From Phaeosaccion multiseriatum (lineage: Eukaryota; Protista; Ochrophyta, other classes): a stretch of 64,000 bases of DNA. A model generated the notes under the pieces. It was given only the letters and a program-made list of their open reading frames with translations, did not search any database and was not told where the DNA came from. Below, one piece after another: positions 40,075 through 50,295 of this stretch. The stretch's first letter is position 1, and each line of letters begins with the position of its first letter. The translations under genes and the position numbers were made by a program. The DNA lies in NCBI GenBank assembly GCA_965112735.1, contig OZ218952.1, positions 4,650,001 through 4,714,000 on the forward strand, in the 5' to 3' direction.

Positions 40075-40211
40075 CCGCGGAGAGGGATCCAGACTGGTCT
40101 GACAGCCTTCGCCACATTGTATCAGATCAGATCACTCCTATATTCTTTTCCGCGGAGAGACCCAGACTGGTCTGACAGCCTTCGCCACATTGTATCAGAT
40201 CAGATCAGATC
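40075..40211. repeat. ~60-bp direct duplication immediately upstream of the ankyrin ORF
   Basis: CCAGACTGGTCTGACAGCCTTCGCCACATTGTATCAGATCAGATC occurs at ~40089 and ~40162, each copy preceded by CCGCGGAGAG. Confidence 0.9.
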
Positions 40212-40217
40212 CTCCTA

Positions 40218-41354
40218 ATGCCTCCCTCTGTTGTCCAGACACGGCGACTGTTTCTCGCCATATCGACGCCTCGTGTCGCCGCGGCGAAGATCAGGGCGAT
40301 TGTGGGGAAAATTCTCTCCGCGAAGGGCAGAGAAGGCCTGGAGCAGCCGAATCAGAACGGATTTACCGCGATGTTCTTGGCGGCTGCGCATGGTCGATCA
40401 GACGTCATAAGCATTCTTGCCTCAGCAGGAGCATGTGTCGATAGACCCTGTGACGGATTCAATCCACTCTTCATTGCCTCTCAAGAGGGCCATACGGAAG
40501 TGGTGGAGGCGCTTCTTTCGGCCGAAGCTGATGTGGATTTGGTGTCTGAGGACGGAGCCTCTCCGCTTTACATTGCGGCAGCAGAAGGGCGAGAGTCCAT
40601 AGTGGAAAAACTCATCTCAGCAGGTGCATCTGTCCATAAAGCGGAGAGAAATGGAGCCACTCCACTTTACGTTGCGTCTGAACTGGGGCATCTTTCCATC
40701 TTAGAAAAACTCATAGCAGCACGGGCATGTGTAAACACAGCTGAGCGGCGTGGATGCTCGCCTCTCTACGTGGCGTCTCGGAAAGGACACGAAGCGATAG
40801 TGGACAAGCTTCTTTCGGCCGGTGCCGCTGTGGACGCGGCGAATTCCATGGTTTATGGTTCTGCGACTCCTCTCCACGCTGCATGTGTAGCAGGGAAGGA
40901 TGCAGTGGTGAGGCGACTTCTCCGTGCTGGGGCGAAGTTAGATTTGGCAGAGGGCACTGCCGGCTACACTCCGCTTCACCTTGCGGTTCAGAATGGACAC
41001 GGGGCAGTGGTGGCCCGCCTTCTCGCCGCAGGCTGCCCATGTGATACCCTGGGCACGAGTGACCAGACCCCACTGCTCACCGCCATCATGTTTGGGCATC
41101 AGGCGATCGCTCTGCAGCTCCTCTCAGCCGGAGGTTCGGTCGACAGTGCCCTGCTCTGCGTACGGCAGTATGCATTAGGCCGCAATATCGAAGAGCGCCT
41201 CCTCGCTGCAGCGGCGGAGCACTTCGCATCGCAGACTCCGCTGGACCTCATGCGCGCAATCGACCCCACCTTTGGCAAGCAGAGGGGCGTACCGCCGCAG
41301 GCGAGGGACGTTCGCTCCGAGACTATGCTTGAGGTGGCTTCGGAAATGGACTGA
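40218..41354 (+). CDS. Ankyrin-repeat protein (~8 repeats) in one uninterrupted 378-aa ORF; the true start may use an upstream exon
   Basis: Serial ANK motifs GFTAMFLAA, GFNPLFIAS, GASPLYIAA, GATPLYVAS, GCSPLYVAS, ATPLHAAC, GYTPLHLAV, QTPLLTAI. Confidence 0.9.
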   Translation: MPPSVVQTRRLFLAISTPRVAAAKIRAIVGKILSAKGREGLEQPNQNGFTAMFLAAAHGRSDVISILASAGACVDRPCDGFNPLFIASQEGHTEVVEALLSAEADVDLVSEDGASPLYIAAAEGRESIVEKLISAGASVHKAERNGATPLYVASELGHLSILEKLIAARACVNTAERRGCSPLYVASRKGHEAIVDKLLSAGAAVDAANSMVYGSATPLHAACVAGKDAVVRRLLRAGAKLDLAEGTAGYTPLHLAVQNGHGAVVARLLAAGCPCDTLGTSDQTPLLTAIMFGHQAIALQLLSAGGSVDSALLCVRQYALGRNIEERLLAAAAEHFASQTPLDLMRAIDPTFGKQRGVPPQARDVRSETMLEVASEMD

Positions 41355-41576
41355 ACAACCGCTCATGCATCATCCCTAATTTTTGGCAAGTGGCGTCTTT
41401 TGAGAGAGAGGGGTGCAGGTGTGCTCGGCAGATGGAACGAGGAGTGCGTACCTCCACCCCGTCCTGTCATCGTTGATTTAACACTTGCGTGCACCACCGC
41501 GAATTTCGGTCTCTTGTCTCTTGGGAGAGGACGAGTGTGGATTGATGCACATGGCCGGAGTTGTCTGCCTCTTCAT

Positions 41577-41613
<37 letters not shown>

Positions 41614-41829
41614 ATAGCAGCATAGTGTGCCCAGGCCGGGGTACGCCGTTGTGGTAGAGGGGGGAGTGGGAGGGTGGATGGCTGTCAGGGGGGAGTAGGG
41701 AGAGCAGGTTGTAGGGTGTTGCAGCACCTCCCCGCTACTGTGACGGCCATCCCTTTGACAGAGAACTTAACTCCCTTTCCGTTATAGTAATACAGTTGGT
41801 TGATACTACATGAAGGGAAGTAAACACTA

Positions 41830-42235
41830 CTGTGATTTCGCGGTTGAGTGGCACTTTTTACGCCCAATTACGCCCCATTAATTTTTTTTTACGCCAAATG
41901 ACGACTTGTTTTACGACGTTTTACGACGTTTTACGACGCTTTAGCCCCCTCTTTGACGCCCTTTTACGCCCTTTTACGCCCTTTTACGCTCTTTTACGCC
42001 CTCTTCCGTGATTTTTTTTTACGTGATTTTTTTTAGACGAAATTAAGGCGAATTAAGATAAAAGGGCGTCAAAGAGCGTAAAAGGGCGTAAAGGGGCGTA
42101 AAAGGGCGTCAAATAGGGGGCTAAAGCGTCGTCAAACGTCGTCAAACGTCGTCAAAAAAGTCGTCATTTGGCGTAAAAAAAAATTGATGGGGCGTAATTG
42201 GGCGTAAAAAGTGCCACTCAACCGCGAAATCACAG
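41830..42235. mobile_element. 406-bp foldback MITE, Tc1/mariner type (TA target-site duplication, ~175-bp inverted arms)
   Basis: TA|CTGTGATTTCGCGGTTGAGTGGCACTTTTTACGCCCAATTACGCCCCAT ... ATGGGGCGTAATTGGGCGTAAAAAGTGCCACTCAACCGCGAAATCACAG|TA. Internal TTTTACGCCC/TTTTACGACG subrepeats are mirrored in both arms; AT-rich, no ORF. Confidence 0.88.
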
Positions 42236-42486
42236 TATGTATAATTTTTAAAAAACATCGATACTACAGTATAAAAAAAAAACTGATGCGGGGTGCTTGT
42301 GAGCAGTACTTCAAATACGTCTCCACCACCCCCTCCTCTCTCTCTCTCTCTCTCTCTCTCCCTCCCTCTCGCCAGAGCACCTCTCTCAGTGCTCAGTGCG
42401 GGCCTCCCTCCCTGCCTTTGCGTTGTCCCACAGCACAGCACAGCGGTTTGTGACTCAGCACCGCTGATGGCCTCGGGCACTTCCCT

Positions 42487-43687
42487 TCACATGATGCTGC
42501 AGTCGTCGTCCGCCGGCCCTCCTACTCTCCCTACTCTCCCCCCTCGCCTACTTTCTTCTGCACTTCCTCCTCCTGCCGCTGTTGCTGGTGCTGACTTTGC
42601 TGCTGCTGCTGGTATTGGTGCTGCTGCCCCCACCTTTGATGCCCCATGCTGACTGGCTGGTGCTGCTGCTGGTGATGGTCCTGCTGCTGGCGCGCCTTCT
42701 GACGACTCGCCACCCCCGCTCTTGGTCATGGGCCGCCGTACATGTGCTGCGTTGGGCAGCGTCGAATCCAACAAAGGCCTCTTGTGCGATTGCAAAGGCC
42801 TCCGGGAGAGCTTGGGGGGCGTTCCTGGGGGCGCAAGGTCCTCCTTGGACAAGGACTGTATCACCAACTGCTGTTGCTGCTGGGGTTGCGGTTGGGGCTG
42901 CTGCTGTATGACGAGTGGGTCGGCAGAAGTAGTACTCGCCTGTAACGCATGCAACAGAGAGACGGACCGCACTCAGGGTTAGTCATGTATCTGTCACTCA
43001 GGGTTAGTCATGTATCTGTCACTCAGGGTTAGTCATGTATCTGTCACTCAGGGTTAGTCATGTATCTGTCACTCAGGGTTAGTCATGTATCTGTCACTCA
43101 GGGTTAGTCATGTATCTGTCACTCAGGGTTAGTCATGTATCTGTCACTCAGGGTTAGTCATGTATCTGTCACTCAGGGTTAGTCATGTATCTGTCACTCA
43201 GCGTTAGTCATGTATCTGTCACTCAGGGTTAGTCATGTATCTGTCACTCAGGGTTAGTCATGTATCTGTCACTCAGGGTGTGCCGTGCATCTGTCATCTC
43301 AAACCCCTACACCAAGCTGGACGTGCGAACGTGCGTGCATTCATGCGTGCGTGAGTGCTGAAATATTGCCGCTCACCTTGTCCACAACGGGCGGGCTCGT
43401 CGGTTTCCAGGGGCGCTTTTGAGCGGCTTTTCCTCCTCCTCCTCCTCCTCCTCCTCCTGCTCCTGCTCCTGCTCCTCCAGCGGTCAGCCCTATTCGGTGT
43501 CAGCGCAATCGGCGGGGTGGCAGGGGGAAGCAGGAGGGGCAACGAATTTGTCAGGGAGAGAGAGACAGTTAGGCCCAAAAAGCTAAGCCCCGAAGGACTT
43601 ACCACGACACACACACACACGTACTACCATACGCCCACGCCCACACACACAGACAGACACACACCCACCCACACACACACGCACACA

Positions 43688-43720
<33 letters not shown>

Positions 43721-45663
43721 ATGCACATACCCCGACGCCCACACCCACACACAGAGAGAGACACACACCCACACGCACACACGCACACACACACGCACAC
43801 ACACACCCACGCACACACGCACGCACCTGAGGGGCGGGGCATGGTCCTGGCCGCCCTCCTTTGCTGCTGCCCGTTTGACTGCATGCCGAAGAGGCCCATC
43901 AGCTTGTCCGACGACGACAGCTTCTTCGCCTTTTGCTCTGGAACGTTCTTCACACTTGGCTGCTGCGCCGGGGGGGCGACCTTCGGTGGGGGCGGCGGGG
44001 GAGGAGGTTGCTCATGCGGCAGCTGACGGTGTAAATCGGCAAGCAACTTCTGCCGTCGCTTCTGGGGCTGTGGGGGGGGGTGCTTTTGTTGTTCTTGTTG
44101 TTGTTGTAGGAGCTGTCGTTGCTTCATCATCTTCTGCTGCTGTAGCACCAACTGATGCTGGATCACCAGCTGCTGCTCCTGTAACACCAACTCCCGTTGC
44201 TGCTGCTGTTGCTTCTTCTTCTGCTTCTCCTCCTCCTGCTTCTCCTCCTCCTGCTGTTCCTGTTTCTGCTGCTGCGGTTGCGGGGGCGGCTGCGGCACCT
44301 TTAGTTTGGAAGGCTTCCGAAAGGGGGCTTCCTCTTGGTAAAATTTGTACTTGTGTCTGTAGTGGTGATGGGATGGGGCAAGGCAGGTATGAGGGTGGAG
44401 GAGAGGAGACGGGTCGAGGCCGCGGGTGATGAGGTGAGGCACAAAGTACATGATACCAACCCTAAACAACCCAAGCCTAACCAGCAAAGAGGGCGGACTC
44501 GAAGGGAGGCGCAGCACCGCAAGTATATATACCTCCCCTCTCTTCCCTCCCTCCCTTCCTTCCTCTTACCCGAGCTTTCCTCCGAAGCGTGACTCGAGCT
44601 GGTCCTTGTCGATGAAGTGGGCAAAGCTCTCCGCCACGTTGTCACAGATAGTCATTTTGGTTCTCGTCCTTTCCGACGTCTGGAGCATGAGAAGATCGAG
44701 CGCCTGAGTAATAAGGAAGCCCGCCTGGCAGAGGAAGAGGTGCTCCACCCTCTGTGGGTAGAGCAGCCCCAATATCTCACTCAGGTCATTCAGCGTGGCA
44801 ATGGGTGGAATACTCGATATTCCAAAGTCTTCCAAGTCCACGACCCAGAGCCATCGACTGGTGCGGCCCTCCTCCTGCATCAGCTTCATCGCTCTATCTA
44901 GATAGTAGCACAGCATCCGCACCGCCATCTTGCTGTCGCTGTACCACTGCCTCAATGAGAGAACTACCACGGCTTGGCCCTTCCGCCCCCTGCCTTTGCT
45001 CAGGTACATCCGGCCTAGTTTTGCCATGCCTTCCACAGTCTCTGGGCAGATGGAGATGAGGTCGTTCTCCACCCTGTAGGAGACCATTCGTTGGAGCTTC
45101 AACGCTGCTTGAGAGGCAACCATGCCTTTCAGCCCCAGCAAGTGGGCAATCTCTTCATCCTACGAGATGACGAAAAAGGGCCGACAAGGGAGGGTGGGGG
45201 TCGGGGACTTGAGAGTGAGATGTCACGGCAGAGAAAGCAAAGCTTTGCACACCAGCAATGCCGTGTGATGCCGTCATTCAGTAGATAGCCCCCCCAGAGA
45301 GAGATTCATGCATGTATCAACGCCACCACGAGAAGAGGAGCAATAGCCCAATTGGCATTAGCGCTGGCTTTTGAGAATCTGGGCTCGACCACTAGGGCCA
45401 CATTCCTGTGCGCAGACTCTTCGACTTACATGAACACACTCGCTCATGTACTTGTCCTCGAGGCGACGTCGTTGTGATGCTCCTGTGGGCCTGGTTGAGG
45501 GGTAGCCATTCCCACCAGCGGCGCTCTGCCGTTGCTCCTCCTGCCTCTCCTCCTGTTGCTGCTGCTGCGACGAAGCCATTAGCATGGCTCGCACCCGCCG
45601 TACTTGCTCGACCATGAAGCCATTAGCAACCTTAAGAGGTGCCAGTGACGGGGGAGGAGACAT
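42487..45663 (-). CDS. CRAL-TRIO (Sec14-like) lipid-binding protein with a Gln-rich tail and C-terminal CaaX (CSIM); 5 exons
   Basis: GRMYLSKGRGRKGQAVVVL, YYLDRAM, WLWVVDLEDFG, EILGLLYPQRVEHLFL, ERTRTKM, HFIDKDQLESRFGG; phase-consistent splicing through to ...DDDCSIM* (stop 42487-42489). Confidence 0.82.
42971..43279. repeat. 25-bp minisatellite (ACTCAGGGTTAGTCATGTATCTGTC) x~12.4 in a CRAL-TRIO intron
   Basis: Near-perfect head-to-tail copies with one variant (GCGTTAG at ~43201); no spacers. Confidence 0.96.
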
Positions 45664-46362
45664 CACTTGCGAAAAAATTACCGCCCAGAGGCCCCTACCG
45701 TTGAGAACAAAGACAGACTTCCTCTACAATCCCTACATCATGACAACCCGTGGTCTACAGCCTTTTGGTGTGCTGGGCTGATGATTCAGTCAGTCCCCCT
45801 CTTTTCCCTCTCTTTGGGAGTTTGCTACAACCAATAAGGGCGTGCATGCGACGAGGAGCTCGGAGCCCCGAATGTATTCGACTCCTGTGAGTCCTGAAAA
45901 TGAAAACTGTGTGGGTGTGTGTGCGTGACGAGCTGCTCGGAGTGTGTGTGACGAAGGTCCTTCTTCCTTCCCTCCCTCTCCTGTACTGTCCTACTGTTGA
46001 CGCTCTGTCCCCCTCTTCGCCTTCAGATTCCTCGACCACACGCTCCGTCAAGGGCTCAAGGACTCACTCTGACCCCAAGTGCGTCTTAAAATGAATGAAA
46101 TCGAGCGTCTTAGTCCTCCTGGTGGTGGCGAAGAGTTCATCAGCTGTTCATCAAAAAAATTAAATGGGTCTAAGCGCTCCATTTTGCAAGCTGATGCAAG
46201 GAAGCCAAACACCCTCGTCTCCGTAGTCTATTTATGGTCTATATTTTCCCTAAGAGAAGCCCCCCTTCTCCCTTCCTTGCCTACTCCGCTGCTGCAGTCC
46301 GATAATTAATCCATTTTAAAATAAACTGTCCGCCTGTCCGCGCTCTCTCCTTCTCTTTCGGG

Positions 46363-49300
46363 TCATGGGCCCTCCCACCGAATGATGGCCGCACCCCTGG
46401 GGGCAAGAAAAGGACACGGAAACAAAACGACAGGAAGAGGGAGAGAGAGAACGAAAGAGAGAGGTGAAGGCGAGAGAGAGAGGTATACGTACAGTTAAGA
46501 TGCCAACCCAGCGTGCGGAGAGCAGCGGATGATGCAGGTGAGGACGAGCAGAGGATTACACGCAAGCCCACACGCCCGCCAGCCATCCAGTCAGTCAGTC
46601 AATCAGCCCGTCAGTCAGCCCCAATCTTCCCCCCCTTCTTACCAACTTAATCCTGCCCCGAAGCCGGCGCATGCAATGACGTCACCCTTCTTAACCTGCA
46701 AGAAAGGGACCAGCAACCCAACGAGCAGCGCAGCGCAGCGAAGCGGGATAGGGACGTGAGTGCGTGCGGTTAGGGTTAGGGTGCGGGTGCAGTTGTCGAG
46801 AGTAACGGGGAAGTCCCTGCGCGCCTGCCAGCAAGCGCACGGTCTTCCTCCCTTCCTCCCTCTCTCTCTCTTTCTCAATTCCGGTTTACGGCTTAGACCT
46901 TGATCGATATCGAACCTCCGAGTAGCACCAGGCGAGACGACGCAAACGCAAACTTCAAACGCAACGCAAACGAACGCACCTTCCCAGACCGCACGGCCTC
47001 GTCCAGCGCCAGGGGGATGGAAGCGGCGCTTGTGTTTCCGTACTCTGCGAGATTAGTGATAATCTTGTCCTCAGACATGCCGAGCTTCTTGGCAACGGAC
47101 TGCATGATGCGGATGTTGGCTTGGTGCAGCAGCAGCCAGTCCACCTGCAGAGGGGGTGGGTATTCATAGCTGAATGAAGTGTATTCATAGCTGAATGAAG
47201 TGGCGGTGTTACGCATGCACTCCCTCACTCACGCTCGCACGCAACGCACTCATTCACGCACTCCCTCACCCACTCACGCACCCCCTCATCAATTCACTCA
47301 CTCACGCACCCACGCCCTCACGCCCTCACCTCTTCTATGGCAACGTTGGCGCTCTCCAGGGCCTCTCTGAGCACCTTGGGCACTTGCGTTGTGGCGAACA
47401 CGTACACGTCCTGACCGCTCATGGTGATGGGGGAGTACGACCCTTGCGTCACACTGGAGGGGAGGGAGAGGGGTTGGGTTGGGGTAGGTGGTGGTGGCGA
47501 GAGAGGAGGAATACCCTACTTGCAACGGCGGCACTAGGAGTGGCGTGTGGCGTGTCAAATCAATACTTCATCACATGCACATACACACAGGCTCTTGGCT
47601 TGCCCCTCCCTCCCTCTCTGGCCTCCCTCGTTCACTGACATACCGTACCTGTACCCCGCACACAGGCTCTTTGTCTTGCCATCGAAGTCCATCGAGAGCT
47701 TGTCGTGTCCCTCTCCGTCGCTGTGCATAGCGAAGCCGAGCAGGCCCGGCCCCGATCCCCCTGAGGCACCCGTCTCGCCGTCGCTGCTCGCTTCAAGGAC
47801 CATGGCCCCTGCGCCATCACCGAAGAGGATGCCTGGGGAGAGGGAGGGAGAGATGTGCAGAGCAGCGCAGAGAATGGGGTCAGTTTCATCAAGTTTAGTT
47901 CGTATTTACATGAAACTCACATGTGTTCCGGTCCTGCCAGTCTACCCATCTGGAGAGCGCGTCTGCCCCTACTACAAGGGCCTTCTTGTAGGTGCCTGTG
48001 TGCAGGAACTGACTCGCCGTCACCAGCGCGAACAGGAACCCTGCGGTTGGTGGTGCCGTTGGGGTGCGCGAGTGGGTACGGTAGTGGGTATGTGAGTGAG
48101 TGCGGTAGTACGGTTTGGGTGGGCAAAAGCAAGGGCAACCAGGGGTCGGAGGGGCAAGAGAGAGGTGGGAGGGACACGAGAAGTACAGAGACAAAGAAAG
48201 AGAGAGTCTCCGAGCCTGCATGTGCGTGTGCATGTACATACCGGAGCAAGCCGCGGTGACATCAAAAGCGACGGCGTTTTTGGCCCCCACCGCCGCTGCC
48301 ACCTGTGGAGAGGGGGAAAGGGCGGCAGTACACGTGGAAGCCCAAAGACAGCGGCAGCGGCAGGTGTAGGGGTAGGGGGGGGGGTGCAACAGAGAAGGAG
48401 CAACAGCACATGAAGCAAAACAGCAACAGCAAACGAAGGCGATTCAGACACATCAAGCCAGTATGGATGAAGAGACGTGAGCAATGAGAACAAGGAGCAG
48501 CTGCTTCAGCACACTAGGGGTGTATGCAAGTATACAAGCATGGGTATCCCCCCCCCACCCCAAACCCCAACTCCTACGTACCCTGCAGGCGTCGCCAAAC
48601 ATGTCGTCGGGGCTGCTTGTGGCGACGATAACGAGCTCAATGTCACTCCCGTCCACACCGCTCATCTCCACCGCGTTGACGGCCGCTGTGGAGGCCAGAG
48701 TGTGTATGTCCTCCCCCTCCTTCAACACGTGTCTGCTGGAGATGCCGGTGCGTGTCCTGATCCACTCGTCGTTGGTCTCCACCATGGCCTCCAGGTCTTG
48801 GTTAGTAATGCGCTGCAGATGAAGGAGGAGGAGAATGAGGAGGAGGAACGTTAGATGTCAGTCAGATGATCACATAAGGAGGAGGAAGAGGAGAGGGCGA
48901 AAACGAGGGGCAGTGCAAGAGCAACACTGTGCGCTGTGCTTGTTGTCGGCGCAATAAGCAAGTCAACAACGCATCTCCACCTCGTCGAGCTCGAGGACCA
49001 ATTGTGTGAGCCAAAGGCGGGCGCTATATAAACCACTACAGTAGAAGTCTTCAACCTAGTCGCGATATGTATGCACCAGAAATCGGCTGCGCGACTTCCA
49101 TTATTCTCTCAATTGCTCGCATACTGCCTCTTACGTACCGTAGATGCAGCCGCCGACCCGATGCCTATTGGCCTTGACCTCAGCGTCCTGTCGCCTCCCC
49201 CACCAGCGTCCATCGCTAGCCTGTGCCTACTGCTGCTGCTGCTCCTGCTGCTGCTAACTTTCCGAAAACTAGTGCTTCTTGCTGCTGCTCTGCCGACGGG

Positions 49301-49632
49301 GGGTACGACGAATGCCTGTGACACAAGGGCAGGCAAGAAAGGGTAGGGGAGAGGGAATGCTGGCATCGTGAGGATGGGGGAGGGTGTGCAGCATGGAGAC
49401 GAGAGAGAAGAGAGAGATCGAGACAGCCTAGCATGTGGTGAGTTTGCAGACACAATCTTGAGAGAGGGGAACAGGGATAAGAGGAAGGAGCGAAGGGCAG
49501 CGTGGCAGAAGGGGAGAGACAGAGGAGACACTGTGCTGCAGGCAGAGGAGAAGCAACCCCTTGTCATCCTCCTCGTCGTACCTCCGATGCAGCCGCCAGC
49601 CCAAGAAGGACGCATAGAGAGTTGAGCCCCAT
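46363..49632 (-). CDS. fabH: Plastid beta-ketoacyl-ACP synthase III (KAS III)
   Basis: [17 protein letters not shown]|AFVVPP bipartite presequence; [24 protein letters not shown] (catalytic Cys), DWQDRNT|[19 protein letters not shown] (His), [13 protein letters not shown] (Asn), GFGAGLSW|GAAIIRW. Confidence 0.96.
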
Positions 49633-49876
49633 GGTCGGGCAGGAGCACGCACAGAGAGAGCGAGCGATGCCTCCCCGAGAGCTACGCGTGCTCGCAAGGC
49701 AAGTTGGAGGAGCAGCAGAGCAGCCGGGCAGCAGTAGCAGCAGCAACAGCAAGAAATAGGCAGTCAGCGACTCAAGCCAAGGGCGATGTCTTTATTAACG
49801 CCGGATTTTCCGAGGGGCGCGTACGCGAGGTTTTTTCACAGATGCGTCGATTGTAGGAGCACAGCCCAACGGAGCT

Positions 49877-49886
49877 CATATAAAAG
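49877..49886 (+). promoter_or_regulatory. TATA-like box in the 663-bp fabH/fabF divergent intergenic region
   Basis: CATATAAAAG lies ~35 bp upstream of a putative 5'-UTR intron donor (AAG|gtcagg at ~49920) of fabF. Confidence 0.4.
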
Positions 49887-50295
49887 GATCAACCAAACCA
49901 ATAAGACCAAGCAGAGAAGGTCAGGGTGTGTGTGGCTTGCCCCTGCTCCTGCTCCCCCCTCTGTACCTTGCGTGCCTGTGATGGTGGAAGCTGTTGTGGC
50001 TGTGTCCTTGTTCCCCCTCCCGCCTCAAAGGCTCTCCTGTATATGATTTGTTCACCCCACTAAACTGGGACGCCGTGAGAGGCCTGCAATATCTGTGTGC
50101 ACTGAGCAGAATTGGCTTGGTGCCCACTGCGCGCTGTTTGTGCTTTTCCTTACACAGCTACTGGACGTTTTGCTCAACCTCCTTCTCTTCCCCACCACCC
50201 TACGTCTGTCTGTACTTTCGGTTCTTTATTTCTCTTCCTTTGCCCCCTGCCGCTGCTCCCCCCCGCAAGCAGATACGAAGGTTGGAGGAAGGAAG

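Noticed and set aside
42971-43279. CRISPR-like array of 25-bp repeats
   Set aside because: Repeats are head-to-tail with no unique spacers, there are no cas genes, and it lies in a eukaryotic intron.
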